Assembly (NCBI RefSeq): GCF_009914755.1
Contig: NC_060925.1
Reading direction: 5' to 3' (one strand)
Length of the DNA stretch: 64,000 nt
Origin: the human T2T-CHM13v2.0 reference genome, Homo sapiens
Position numbers and translations under genes: made by a program. Shown in pieces: positions 37,109 through 51,496 of the stretch. Position 1 is the stretch's first letter, and each line of letters opens with the position of its first letter. Below the pieces are notes generated by a model. The model was given only the letters and a program-made list of their open reading frames with translations, ran no database searches and was not told where the DNA came from.

Positions 37109-38237
37109 GAAGCCACCGAAAGGAGCAAGCTAAGTCCTAGGGAAAAATGTTGCCAGGCGTTCGGTCTTCTCAGAGTGATAGCTGCTTATTAGAAAGAAAC
37201 CAACTTTGACTGTCACCTTCTCTGCCACTTGCACTCCGTTAAACCCAGAGACTGGCAGATGCCTTTCAGCACAGCCGCACTCTGCCTCCCCTCCCTTCCT
37301 CCCAGACTCCTGTCTGAGACAGAACAGTATCTTTGAGAACCCGAGGGCAAAATCCTCTGCAGGAGTAGGAGGCGGCTCTTAAACAGCCCCAGGCGATGTG
37401 GAAGGTGGGCGGAGGCTGAGCTATTGCACTGCTCCCCAAATCCCAGTGCCTGGCTGCACCCCCACACCTGAAACCTGCCTACCCTGGTTTAAGCCTCCCC
37501 CAGCCTTCCTGGTGAAGACCCCTCATGGATTCTTGTTACTCTCAGGATTGTGCAATAAACCCTTCTCCTTCACGCAGAGTAGACGTGACGGGAAAGTCTA
37601 TTTCTGGCCTGACTGTATTGCATCTTGTTTGACACCTCCGCTCAGCTGGCATTCAGGTGGGCACTACCTGCTCATGGAAAGTCCAGGAGAAAATGGAAGA
37701 GAAGATTTTTTAGAAATCAACACACAATTCAACGTCTTTCTTTCTTTCCTTCTTTGAGAGAGAAAGAGAGAGAGAGAGAGAGCAGTAGACAAGTCAATTT
37801 CACAGGGGCTGAGTATTTACACCAGTCTGAACCTGGGCTGGAAAACTGTTCACCCCAAGCACCATGGTGAGTGGGGAAGGAGGAGGCAGCTGCCGCCTTG
37901 AAATCACCAACACAGCTTTGTTTCATTGGCCCTGAGTCAGCCAAAACATCAGACGTTCCAAATATTAGACAACCTTCCAGGCCAATGTTAGCCCCAAAGC
38001 ACAACCAAAAACCAAAGAGAAGTGTCTCAAATGTTCCTGAATGTTTTTACATTTCTTGGACAACTATTCTGCTCTGAGGGAATGTGAGAAGAGCTGTCTG
38101 TTCCATGGAGGCCCCAGAGAAAATCATTTCCCATGCCAAGGCTGGAGCTGGTGGCTGTTTCCCTCTGGGGAACGGGGTGGGCTCCATCACCCTCAGACAA
38201 GCTATAAAGCAGGCTTTCAAATAGCATATACTCTGTG

Positions 38238-38780
38238 GGAGCAATTCCACTTCTGGAGATAGATTTTTTAAAAATCAAAAGCAAGATCTTGAAGAGATGT
38301 GTACATACTCATGTTCGTAGCAGCATCATACACAATAGCCCAGAGGTAGAAGCAACCCAGGCGTTCATTGACGGATGCATGGATGAACAAAATGTGGGAC
38401 ATCCATACAATGGAACATTCAGCCTTCAAGAGGAAAGGGATTCTGTCAAGGATGCTGCAGCGTGGATAAAGCTTGAGGACAGTATGCCAAGTAAAATAAA
38501 CCAGTCTCCAAAAAGACAAACATCACATGATTCCACTTATGTGAGGTACCTAGAGGAGTCAGATCCACAGAGACAGAAAGTATAAAGGTGGTTCCCAGAG
38601 ACTGGGGGGAGGAGGGAATGTGGAGTTGTTTATTGGGTACGGAGTTTGAGTTTTGCAAGATGAAAAAGTTCTGGAGATTGTACAACTACGCGAATATACT
38701 TAACACTACTGAAATATACACTCAGAAATGGTTAAGATGCTATATTTTATGTAATATACTTTGTACCACAATTTAAAATA
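38238..38780 (+). mobile_element. L1MB-type 3' end
   Basis: GCAATTCCACTTCTGG, ATCCATACAATGGAA, ATGATTCCACTTATGTGAGGTACCTAGA, TTTTGCAAGATGAAAAAGTTCTGGAGAT. Confidence 0.9.
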
Positions 38781-38787
38781 ATTTTAA

Positions 38788-39396
<609 letters not shown>

Positions 39397-39537
39397 TCAG
39401 AATACTTAGAATTATAGAGAAACATAATTTATATCAACTTTTAAAATTTACACAGAAAGAAACTTACACCATTCTGGATCTTACCTTTTTCACTTAATAT
39501 ACATTAGAGACCTTTTTAAGTCAACATTATCCAGCTA

Positions 39538-39982
<445 letters not shown>

Positions 39983-40129
39983 TCATCCTCATTTTATAGG
40001 GAAAGAAACGAGTCCACAGAGGTTAGTGACTTGCCCAGGTTCATGTAGCTCGTAGTGGTAGAGCAAGGATTCAAACCCAGACCCTTGGGCTCCAGAACTG
40101 TGCTCTTAGTTTGCCACTTAAACCAGGGG

Positions 40130-40415
40130 GCTTTTTATTGTATGAATAAACTGTACTCAATGGAACCAGTCTCTTATTTGTGGCCACCGAGGTTGTTTTT
40201 GCTCCTTTGCTACTGTAGATAATGCTGAATATTTGTGTCTGCGTGTGTGTGAGTGTATCTTGCATGTAAATACAAGAATGAGTCTATAGGGTATACTCCT
40301 AGATGGGTTAAAGGGGTTGGTGCACTTCAAATTTTGATATTATTGTCAAATTGCCCTCCAAAGAAGTATCATCAATTTACACTCTCACCATTAATGGATG
40401 AGAAGCCAGCAAGAG
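40130..40415 (-). mobile_element. Old L1 (L1ME-type) fragment; related piece at about 39420-39570
   Basis: TATAGGGTATACTCCTAG, AAATTTTGATATTATTGTCAAATTGCCCTCCAAA, CAATTTACACTCTCACCA. Confidence 0.75.
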
Positions 40416-40999
40416 TATCTTTTGAAGTGCACACCTGAGGATATTACAGGAATACTGGGGAGGGCTTGCAGTCCTCCTTTTACAAACTGACTTCTCATGC
40501 TTCTGCCGTGCACTGGCCACCTTGAATGAGCTTCTTAGGGGAGATTTGGGGCCTGGATCCAGAATTGGCATAGGTGCCTGCCTAAACCCAGAGTGGCGGA
40601 GACATGGTCTGAACCACAGTAATGTCACGGCTAGAGGTTACTGAATGCTCAAGTGTGTTCAGCAAGCGACATGCTGCTGCTGGGCTTTCCTGGGTGAAGA
40701 CAGAGCAGGTAGCCACACCCGGAGGATTGTGGCGGGACCTCTCAAGGTTGCAATCAGGCTAGATGAGAGAGCACCTGAATTTGAGTCCCAGCTTTCCCAA
40801 AACTTGCTCTGTGACCTTGGTCAAGTGCCTCTCCTTCCTGGGCCTCAGGCTCCCCCTCTAAAATGAGAGAATGGGACCAGGTGCTGCAGAACCTCTTTCT
40901 AGCCCCACTATTCTGTGATCCTGTGGCTCTCGACATAAGCAAGGATTTTCCATAGGCCTCTGTCACCCGCAGGTATTAATATTTCCATGAAGCATGATA

Positions 41000-41250
41000 G
41001 AATACTGAAATATGTGGGCCCTGAAGCCAGTATGCTGGGGCTCAAAGCCCAGCTCAGGGTCATATTAGCTGTGTATCATCAAACAAATCACCTAACCTGC
41101 TTGATCCCCAGGCCCTTTATCTGAAGGTAGGAATAAAAAGAGTTTGTGAGGCTTATTTTGAGAATTATAAAAGAGATAATGCATCTATTGTGTCTCACCG
41201 TTAGCAAACACTCAGCAAATATTAGCAACGAGTGCTGCTACTACTACTGT
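41000..41250 (+). mobile_element. MIR SINE
   Basis: CTCAAAGCCCAGCTC...ATTAGCTGTGT...TTTTGAGAATTATAAAAGAGATAATGCAT...CACTCAGCAAATATTAGC. Confidence 0.75.
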
Positions 41251-42054
41251 TTTTCATTTCTTTCCATTGATATCTGGAGCAAGGAGGATGCTGGGGATGG
41301 ATGGCTGCTTCCTGGACTCCAGTTGCCTGGCTGGCCTTTAAACAGAGCCCCCCTGGGGCAACTCGTGCCTTGAAATACATTTCCAAAGGAAGCTTCAGTG
41401 TCATGTGCTCTGGGCATCTTGGAGAGGTGGTGAGACATCTTTGTTGTTGCAACTAATGTTGGTAAAGGGTTTGGGGTCAACCAGGAGAGGATGCTCCAGA
41501 AAGATAATGAGATAAACACACCTTTCCCTGCATCAGCGTCTTCGGTCCCAGCCAGCCCCAGGGAGGCAGCGCGAGGGGAATGGAGAGAGGACATTGCGGG
41601 GAGGGGGCTGCTCTGTGCCCTGCTTCAGTGGGAAAGGCAGGGTTTAGGGAACTGACAGGCATGGGGTCAAGGGTGCCTCTGACACCTAGTAGCAGCCCAT
41701 GTCCTTGGGCAAACAGCCGTGCTCACAGAGCCTCTGTGTCTTCATCGCTAGAATGGGGATGGGAGTTGCTTTGAGACTGCAGTATTGAAGGTTGTAGCAT
41801 AGTGCCTGGCACAGAGCAGGGGCTCAATAACTGTCAGCTTTCTCTCCTGCCCTTTTCAAAATTCAGGCAGCCCTGGGTGCAGAGCCTTGGCTTGGGCACT
41901 GTGGGTTGTCTGTGGGAAACAGCAGGTGTGAGCCTCTACCCCCAGGGAGCTCCCAGTACAAGCGGCGTGCTGGGCCCTGCCCTTGGTGAGCTTAAAAGCT
42001 TTGGCCACCGCAGGTGTCATTTATTTGTTCTTCCTGCAGAGGAACATGGGGTCC

Positions 42055-42222
42055 TGTTCCTCAGAGCACCTGGCCCGGCAGCACAAGCATCCCCAGAGAC
42101 CTTGTTAGAAATGCAGACTCACAGGCCCACTCCAGGCCTCGTGAATCAGCACCTGCACGTTGACAAGATCCCCAGGTGATTCATGTGTGTGGTCGTTTAA
42201 GAAGTGCAGGTGCAGGGCACTG
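42055..42222. mobile_element. MER5A1-like hAT element
   Basis: CTTGTTAGAAATGCAGACTC, GAATCAGCACCTGCACGTTGACAAGATCCCCAGGTGATTCAT. Confidence 0.8.
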
Positions 42223-42639
42223 AATGTTCTCATTATCCTGGCCCAGGCTTGCCATGGCTTCCCCTCTCCTGGGCCAAGAAGACAGTGAAGGATAGAAGAG
42301 CTGTGGCTACCCCAGACCACAGAGGAATTTGGAGATGCTCCCAAAGGGGGCCCTGCTCTGGGATGCAGATGTCCCTTCTGGGGTGGCAACCTGCCCCACT
42401 CCTCCTCCAGCCCATGGGTCCAGGTGGCCTGCAGAGACAAGAGACGGTGTGCTACCACAGCAAAGCAATCTTCAGAGGTCAGGCCAGTGGGACAAAGCCT
42501 CTGCCCCCGCCAGGCATGTTTCCCATAAACTTCCTCCCACTCCCCTGTTCCCTGTCTCGGAGGGAGCAAGTGAGCTGGGGAGACCAAGGCAGCTGGGACC
42601 AGCTGGCTGATAATGGCAGATCCACCAAACAGCTGCCAC

Positions 42640-42845
42640 AGAAGGCGTATTAAAGATGCTTGCTTGATCCCACTTTAATAACCTGGCAGTTTGCGCGGCC
42701 AAACGCAGCTAAGAAGTTGTGGAACAAGAGGGCCGTTTCTTATTATTTTTAATACAGAGCTTTTTATAACTGATTTCGTTGGTGTCATTAACATGCCACA
42801 TATTTAATGAGACTACACGGTAACAAGGGGCCTGTCTCGTTACTC
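42640..42845. promoter_or_regulatory. Candidate enhancer / conserved non-coding element
   Basis: Abrupt AT-rich unique block with 8 CpG; TTTTATAAC, TGTCATTAA, TTAATGA motifs; conservation not checked. Confidence 0.45.
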
Positions 42846-43095
42846 ACAAGCCACAGAAGCAGCTGTGGGCACACCCACCCTCACATACCCACGTGTACCC
42901 ATGCAGGAGGAGTCGTACACACGCAAACACACCAGACAGGCACACATGCAGCTTCACCCACATAGGCAAGGGATACCTGTGCACATGGGAGCACATGTTT
43001 TGACACATGCGTGCCGTCACACATGTGGGCAAGTCACACACATGCAAATATGTGAGCCTGGTGATCATGTGAGCTGCACACACATGCACGTTTGA

Positions 43096-43098
<3 letters not shown>

Positions 43099-43134
<36 letters not shown>
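43099..43134. repeat. (AC)18 microsatellite at the end of a CA-rich low-complexity stretch
   Basis: Uninterrupted AC run. Confidence 0.95.
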
Positions 43135-43136
<2 letters not shown>

Positions 43137-43410
43137 TTTTCCAATCCATGGCATGGAGGGGAAAGGCATATGAGAAGTGTCTCCCACAGACCCACATGAG
43201 TACTCTCCAGGCGCTCTTCAGGCAGCAGGACTGGGGCAGGGCTGCATGGAGCCCCTCTCACCCAGTGTGCGTCAAACAGGAGAAGGTGGGCGCAGCAACC
43301 CAAGCTGGGTGTGGCCAGAGAGGGGAGCAAGGCCCCAGAATCTGCCAGCAAAGGGAATTTTCAGAAACGGGAAGCCTGTAGAGTAGCAAGGAACTCCCTG
43401 ATGAAGGAGA

Positions 43411-43448
43411 GGGGGAAGGAAGGGGAGGGCAGGGCAGGAGGGGAGGGG
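43411..43448 (+). other. G-quadruplex motif
   Basis: Six G-runs of 3-5 nt with short loops. Confidence 0.5.
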
Positions 43449-46400
43449 ATGGAGGACAGCAATCCTGCCTCTTCTTTCAGGGATGCCCCTCCACTCCTCA
43501 GGGTCTATTTCTGGATTCATCTTGAATCTGAGACACACACACAGACACACGTGCACACACATAGTGGGGTAAAATAACAGCAATCGCAGACACTCACAGA
43601 GTATCCAGAGTGCACCTGGCCCTCTTCTAAGTCCTGCGCGGGCGTTCGCTCATCCGACTCTCTCAGCCTCTATATGGTGAGTCCATGATTCTCTGCTCTT
43701 ACAGTCAAGGAAATGGTACTTGAAGAAGGTAAGTCACTGGCCTAAGGTCACCCCTCCTGGAAGGGATGGGGACTCTGGTATCCCAAGTCCAGAGCCTTGA
43801 CCCTGCTGTGCAAATCTTCTCTTCTAGAATCAGAGAGGGAAGAAGAGGAAGTGAGAGGTGAGGGCTGAGGATTCAGAATGAAAAGAAAAAGGGCCAGGAA
43901 GAGGGGGAAAGGTATGTGCTTGGGCCTGGGGGACAAGGGTGACGTTGAGCTGGGAGGACAGGCTGCAAGTACCTTGTGCCACTTGTCTTCCTGCCCACCC
44001 TGGGAGGGAGGAATTGGTGACCTTATTTCTCAACGAAGGCCTGGGAAGTTGTCTTTCGTGCCCTTGGTGAGACGGAGAAGGAGGTGCCCCACCCAGGTCT
44101 GCTGGTTCGGGGCCGACTTGCAATGTGGCCTAGTTGAGCTTCTTCCCGCCACTCAGACCCCCAGTTCTCCTCCCACTCCTTTGTCAGCAGAGGCAGCCGC
44201 AGAACAACGGGTCAGCATCTTCCTTAGAACAGCCCCGCGCCGGGCGAGTGGTAATGAGACACCTGTCAGCCTTCTCATCCCCAGGCTTCTGTGCAGAGCA
44301 GATGAGAGGAGCTCTTTGCAGAGTCGCGCTGAGTAGGAATAAAGAGGAGGATAAGGGCAGGAGCACGAGGGGGTGGGAGGATGAGGAATAAAACCATCGA
44401 CGTTTGCCAAAGAACAGATGCAGCGTTTTCTGCCTTCTGATCTGTACGCCTCTGGAAATTGGGGGTCTGTGGGGGTCCCTCCGTGTGGCCGTTTTAATTC
44501 TGGCCTCTCTGCTCCATGTGGCTTTCTGGAACTGTCATTGAACAGGCTCCCCAAAGGAGACATCGATATGCCCGGGAAAGACAAAACCATGAATCCCCCT
44601 GCCTTCTCCGGGGGCTGGAAGGAGGCGGTGGGCAGTTGGGGAGTGATCGACGTTTTAATAACTGCAGTCAGCATGGCACCGGGCAGCCCAGGCCCAGACA
44701 AAGGCGCTAGATCCTGCACCTCCTGCACCCTGGCCTCCTCCCGGCTCGCTGCTTTCCTGGGCCCCTTCAGAGCTGGCCTCACACACACTGGGCCCTCATA
44801 AATGTCAGAGGCTCCTGCCTGCCAGGCCGAACTTGGCCTTGAACTTTAAAAGGAGGAGAGACTGTCAGGGGCTGGGTGTGGAGTCGATGGAGACTCAGGG
44901 AAGTGATTTGAGTAATAAGGGCTGTGGTGATTGGGGATGGGGAGGACCCCGGGGGCAGGTGCACGGGGTTGTCCAGGGCAGGTAGCTCTGTAGTGGTCAC
45001 CTCTGAAGTCAGGTGCAGCCACGTCAGCCCCTCCAGCTTATACACTGTCCTACTTTCCCAGCTCTTCATCACTACACTGTTTCCCAGATCCAACCAGCAC
45101 CCCCACCATACCTCTCTGTGCACTGAAGCCAGTGATAGTAATGGATGTGTTTTGGGTGCAGCTTCAGGATCCCCCATTATTGCCCACAGTCCTGACACGC
45201 AGCTCCAACCAAGCTCTGCCAGCCCAGCAGGTCTCAGACAAAGGAAATGAAACAATGGCCAGAAACATGCTTTGTAAATTGCAAAAGGGGCTGCATGAAC
45301 ATGGGCCGTTTGAGTTACTACTAGGAGGGAAGGATTTTGGATGCATATGATCAGGACTATGGAGAAAATAACTCCTGTGCTGAGCCAAGCATGGGGTTAA
45401 GAGGTTTACATAAACAAATATATTTAGTCTACACATGGCCCTAAAAGGTAGGCATTAGGACCTTTCTTTTACAGGTGGGGAAACCAAGTCTCAGAGACAC
45501 AAAATGGCTTGCCTACGATCACACAGGCTCAGAGGCTGAGTTTGGGTTGGAGCCCAGGCTTCCTGACTTCAGATTTCACACTGTTCTGCTTTCTCCAGTT
45601 ATGGGGGGCCTGGGAAGGCTTGTGGCTCCCCCTTGCTGCCTGGCTCCCCCTTCCCCCTTGGAGGATATCCTCCCTGCCTGTCATCTGTCCCCATCCCCGA
45701 CTGGCCCAGTTACCTCCAAGTGTCTCTGGACTTACTGTCACTTGCTGTGGTACCTCTTTTACCAGAGGCTGTGAGATTTCTCCCCAATAGAAGTGAAACG
45801 ATCACAGTGAATTTGTCTCAGCAGGCCTCAGATAGGGTGACCCCACCCATAGACCCTGCCAGGAATGGTGAGTGTGGTTTTTGAGCTCAGCATCCGCCCA
45901 TGGCAACACACTGAGATACTATCCCAGGGGGCTTGTGGGGTGGGGGGTGGAGAGAGGACGGGGTCTTGTCCTGAGAGTTTGAGGCCAGCAGGAGCAAGGG
46001 TCTGTCCCATGGGCACCATAAAGCAGATGAGCCCAGGCTGGACTAGGTGCCTGTATTCTTGCTCTGCTGCCAGCCCATGGCATGGGAAGTGCATATCCCT
46101 CCAGCCACCAGCCACATGCAGAATCAACCTCCCACATCCATCTCTGGAGGTTGAGGGGCAAAAATGGGAGACCACTTGGAGTCCATACTTGGCAATCAGC
46201 CAGACATGGGTTAACCCTAGTTTTATCTCATATTCGTGATGAGATTTGGGCAAGTAATTTCACCAAACTGGGTCCATTTTTGGACTCAGTTTTCCCATCT
46301 GTAAAATGGGGATAATAAGTCAGTCTACAGATATTGCAAAGATTAAATATACCTAATACAGCACAGACATTAAGTGAACGATATCTACTAATATGGGTGG

Positions 46401-47647
46401 AGAATTAGGTTCAAGCTAGGCCCCCTGACACTGCCTCCTGGAATTCTCCGCTACATTTTTGGAGAACAGGATGAGGAGCAAGGAGTGAACATTGGGAGCC
46501 ATCAGCAATGCCTTGGGGGTCATGAGCAGTGGGCAGTCAGTGGGCAGAGGCCGGCTGACTACTTGGTAGCGATGCTTTGGGAGACTTCTCCCATGGGCAG
46601 GGAGGTAAAACTGGATGGCTCCTGAAATCCCATTCTATCTATACAACTCCATGTGATCAGAATCAGTTCTATTCTTCCCTCTTAGCTAGATGGAAAAAAA
46701 AGTAGCCTCTGAATGTCAATGTCTGTTCAAATGACTCATGTTGGATCAACCTGAGAACTGGGACCACCAGCTTAGGCTCTGAAATGCAGTTGTATCTACA
46801 CCAGGGCTTCTGCAAAAATCTCGAGTAGAGATGATGAGGACAGATGGATAGAAGAGACCATGGGTCTGGATGAGCTGGGAAGGAAAGACAGGGATAGGAA
46901 ACAATTGTTCTAAGACAATGGAAGAATAATTTATTGAACCTCGCTATTCCCCCAGGACTGGACCAGGCCTGGGGGCCCCATGGTAAGGACAGCAAAGCCC
47001 TTGCCATGTATGAGTGGGAGACAGACATTTTGGGCACCTTCAAGGTGGTAAGGCTAAGTCAGAAGTAGAAGCAGGACACTGTGGGAGCTAGTGAAGGGAC
47101 ATCTAACTCAGCCTGGAGAAGACAATTCCTGAGCTAGTCCCAAAGGGCAAATAAGCTAGAGAGAGTGATGGCAGAGAAATGTAAATAAAAGATTCCTTTT
47201 AGAGAGGAGAAAAAGACAAAAAGCAAAAAAAAGAAAAAAGAAAAAAGAAAGAAATCAAAAGCATGCTTTATAATCTATGCGTCGTTCACCATAATACTCT
47301 AGGACTTTGCACAATGCCTGGCAATAGTAGGCATTCAATAGACATTCGCTGAGTGAATAATAAAGTCAGAACTTGCACATTGCTTATTAGTTTAATCTAT
47401 TTGACAATCCTATGAGGCAGACGTTAGTAATACCTTCATCTGATAGATGGGAAATAGAGACATGGAGAGACCAAATAACTTGCTCAAGGTCAAGTAACTT
47501 GAATAAACTAGAAGGTGGCAGAGCTGGGATTCAAACAGAAGGATCCTAGCTCCAAAGCCTACATCTGAGCCTCTCTGCTCTAGTGTGGCCCTCTTCCATT
47601 CTCCTGATGCTGAGCAGTACACTGTGTCCACAAACCGTGAGCAGGAG

Positions 47648-48036
47648 TGCGTGAGCTGGCCAGGGCTGCCATGACAAAGACCACAGACTGGGGGGCCTTA
47701 AACAACAGAAATTAATTTTCTCATGATTCTGGAGGCCAGAAGTCCAAGGTCAAGATGTTGACAGGGTTGGCTTCTTCCGAGGCCTCTCTCCTTGGCTTGC
47801 AGAGAGCTGTCTTCTCTCTGAATCTTCACATCATCTTTGCTGTTGTGTGTTTGTGTCCAAATTCCTCATCTTACAAAACACCAATCATACTGGATAAGGG
47901 CCCACTTGAACGGTCTCATTTTAAATTTATTACCCCTTTAAAGATCCTATCTCCAAATGCTGTCACATTCCTAGATACTGGGGGTTAGGACTTCAACACA
48001 TAAATGCGGAGGCTGAGGGGACAATTCAGCCCTTAA
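47648..48036 (-). mobile_element. MLT1A/MLT1A0-like solo LTR
   Basis: TTCTGGAGGCCAGAAGTCCAAGGTCAAG, GAGGCCTCTCTCCTTGGCTTGCAGA, TACTGGGGGTTAGGACTTCAACA. Confidence 0.9.
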
Positions 48037-49259
48037 GGAGGGGGTTCAGGGAATGAGTGGCAGCTGAAGCTAGAGGGGGAGGCAGGGAAATCCTGCTGGG
48101 TCTATACATGGAAGGGATATAGCTGGACCACATCTGAAGGGAAGGATAAGGCCCTAAGCAGGATGGCAAGGCTGTAACAGACACTCTCAGACATTTCTCT
48201 ACACGGATTACATCAGTGGGACAAAAGGGTCCAATGTGTGCCCACTTTACACTTGAAAAAATAAAATTGGTGATAACAGAAAAGCATTAACATCCATGCA
48301 ATTGCACACATTTGCTTTAGCCAAGGATTCATGGGTGATTCATTGCTAACTCCAACACATACACATTTCAAAATCTAATAGGGTTACCTGAACACTGTAA
48401 AATTAACCAAACCATCCCCAACCAACTAAATTGAACTAAATTGACAGTGAAGTTGAACTATCAGGCATTGCGAATTACAAAGCAAGAGGAACAGCAGCTG
48501 AAAACCACAGCTTACTTGTGACCACCCTGCTTATTTGCTGATAACGGCATCCCCTCCCCACCATGAATTGGGGGACTTGACAGTCTCTGCATGACCACTG
48601 CATAGCAGGAGCTTCGTGATACTGTCACATGTGTGAGGCAGCCAGACCTCTTAAAAGAAAGATAGATCCCTGAGTTTATGAATACCACATTTTGGTCACT
48701 GATGATAATTCACTGAGTAGGTTAGTAATCAATAGGTCTTTGTCTGATGTCAAAACAAAAGCTCATGAAAACATAAGCCATTTGCCTGGAAGAATGGAAG
48801 AAAAGTTATAAATATGAATTAATTCATGGTCCAACAATGCCCTGCCTCCACCACCCATGATCTATGAACGTATTTTGAAAGTTTCTGTAGTAGAGAAACA
48901 TCTCAGCTCTGCCACTACCAGCCCTGTGCCCCAGGGCCATCCACCGCAGTACAGGTCCTGATACAAACAAAACACACATAAATACATTAAACACATTCTC
49001 ATTGAGAGATGCAAGCATTTTGTAAATCCATACTTAGAATCTAAAAGAAATAAAATGGCAACTTTTGACAAATTATGTTCTAGCAGAAAGAGTCCTGGAC
49101 AGGCAGCCAGAAGGCCTTAGTTCTAGACCCAGCTCAACCACGAATCAGCTATGTCAGAGATTTATCTTATCCTGGAACGTGCTCATATATACAATGGGTG
49201 CCCAAGGTTCTTTTAGGTCTGTGTGCCCATGGAATATCTTCTGTTTCCTGCTCACTTCC

Positions 49260-49827
49260 TGTATTAGTTATCTACGGCTGCATAACAAATGACCCCACAA
49301 CTTAGATGCTTAAAACACAACACGTTTATTATCTCACAGTTTCTATGGGTCAGGAATCCAGGGGCCACTTGGCTAAGTCCTCTGGCTCTGGGTTTCTCTC
49401 CAGGGGCTGCAGTCATCTGCAGGCTCAGCTGAGGATTGGTCTGTTTCTAAGCTCACTCCATTATCACTGGCAGGATTCAGTTGCTCACGGCCTTTTGGGC
49501 TAATGGCCTCAGTTCCTCATGAGCTGTTGTCTGGGGTCAGGAGAGGCTTCCTTGGTTCCTTGCTACATGGGCTTCTCCACAGGGCAGCTCACAACGTGGT
49601 GACTTGCTTCATCAGAGCTAGCAAGGGAGGGGGCCACAGAGAGTGCTAGTAAAGCTGAAGTCACAGTCTTTCCTAACCTTAGCTCAGAAGTGACATCCCA
49701 TCACTTTTTCCCTATTCTATGCATTAGAAGTGAGTCACTAGGTCCAGCCCACACTCAGCAGGAAGAGATAACACACATGCAGGAGATGGGGATCATTGGG
49801 AACCATTGTAGAAGCAGCCCATCAGAC
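49260..49827 (-). mobile_element. MLT1F-like solo LTR
   Basis: TGTATTAGTTATCT, TTTATTATCTCACAGTTTCTATGGGTCAGGAATCCAG, GAAGTGACATCCCATCACTT. Confidence 0.85.
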
Positions 49828-50592
49828 TTTTCCCCTCATTGTTCTTGGCCTCATTGGGTCATCTGAGACTGTGGCTGTCTTGCTTAGACTTTTATACGCT
49901 GCTCCATTAAAAAGGGGCTGAGAAGTGGGAAGCGGTGATTGGGAGAATGTGAGGTAGGCCCGCTAAGCAAACCCCTGGAGGGTTGGTGCACCGGGAGAAT
50001 GAAGAAAGGGGAAATTGACAACAGATGTAGCCCTATTACATTAATGGGAGTTGCTTCAGCCAATTACCCCATGGGTGCTGCATCCTACTAATGCAACTTA
50101 GGAGAAAAGGCAGTGTCTGAGGCACATCAGATCAGTCTTTCTCGTGCTCCAGCTCCAGCCTCCTGGCCCCAGTCCTCTACCTCCAGGTTGTTGGAACACT
50201 GGAGGGTGGCAAGACCACTGGAGCAAAGCACTGCGTTCAATCTGTTCTGTTGAGCTCAGTGGATATTAACACCTTCAGGAAGAGAAAAACAAAAAGACAA
50301 AGCTTCTTTAAGAAGGTTCATGGAGAATCCTCTCCATTCTGAAGGAATGACTCTTTTTTTTTTTGTTATTGAGGGGAGTTAAGGATAAGTTAGAAGCTTT
50401 GCAAGATGTGGAAGGAAAGAAACTGAGCGTGTTTCAATGGTCTTGCCTTGACCAGTGGCAGGAAGGACCTGGGAACTTGGAGTGTAGACAGTAAAATGCC
50501 CTTGCTTGACAAATGCAAAGATTTCATTTGAACTCCAGCTGCAGATTTTGGCTGTGTGAATGAGGCCTTACCACTCTACAGTCCCAGATGGC

Positions 50593-50698
50593 AGGGCCTG
50601 GGTAGGCCATAGTGGAGACGAGGGTGAGACATCAAGGGTACACAATTTTAGGAGACCTTCATTCTCAGAAGTGCAGCAGGACCCTAGTCCTGGCCCTG
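50593..50698. mobile_element. MER96-like hAT MITE remnant
   Basis: CAGGGCC...CAATTTTAGGAGACCTTCATTCTCAG...ACCCTAGTCCTGGCCCTG. Confidence 0.45.
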
Positions 50699-50832
50699 GC
50701 GTAGATAAATTGGTTGTGTGGTTGTTTGTTCAATGTCAGCCTCTCTGCCTACTCTGGGCATTCCGTGTCTGTTTTTGTTCAGCTCCATGTTTCCCGTGTC
50801 TCCTGTGGGGTCTGGTACTTACGTGTGGGATG

Positions 50833-50864
<32 letters not shown>
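50833..50864. repeat. (AATC)8 microsatellite
   Basis: Perfect tetranucleotide run. Confidence 0.95.
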
Positions 50865-50866
<2 letters not shown>

Positions 50867-51119
50867 CTCTCCTGGGTGAGATTCCATTTATCTATCAAGA
50901 TACAGCTCAAAGGTTCTTTCTCCCTGAAACCTTGCCTACTGCCTGGATAGCACTGAGGGCCACCTCTTGGGTTTCTATCAAACCCATACCCACTCCCCAC
51001 CAACTACCACCACCATCAGAGTGTGCTCACTGGAGAGCTGTGGGATGGTGCATAAGAGCTGGGGTTCCAGAGTTGTAGTGCTGGGATTCACATCCTTATT
51101 CCATCTCTTATTAGTACTC

Positions 51120-51496
51120 TGACATGGTCTGGCTTTTTGTCCCCACCCAAATCTCATCTTGAATTGTAATCCAAATTGTTATCCACACGTATTGAGGGAG
51201 GGACCTCATGGGACATGATTAGATCATGGGGACTGTTCCCCCATGCTGTTCTCATGATAGTGAGTGAGGCTCACAAGATCTGATGGTTTTATAGGTGACT
51301 GGTATTTCCACTGCTTGCACTTCTCTCTCTTGCTGCCATGAGAAGAAGGACATGTTTGCTTCCCCTTCTGCCATTATTGTAAGTTTCCTGAGGCCTCCCC
51401 AGCCATGCAGAACTGTGAGTCAATTAAACCTCTTGCCTTTATAAATTACCCAGTCTTGGGTATTTCTTCATAGCAGTGTGAAAATGGACTAATACA
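51120..51496 (+). mobile_element. THE1 (THE1D-like) solo LTR inserted in a MIR
   Basis: TGTCCCCACCCAAATCTCATCTTGAATTGTAA, TGTAAGTTTCCTGAGGCCTCCCCAGCCATG, GGACTAATACA end; MIR halves at about 51045-51119 and 51497-51660. Confidence 0.93.

Noticed and set aside
44153-45255. 211-aa and 158-aa minus-strand ORFs in GC-rich sequence
   Set aside because: No recognisable protein similarity, several overlapping open frames, and lengths plausible by chance at this GC content.
48814-48827. Palindrome ATGAATTAATTCAT (POU-like)
   Set aside because: Several 14-bp palindromes are expected by chance, more so in AT-rich DNA; no supporting context seen.
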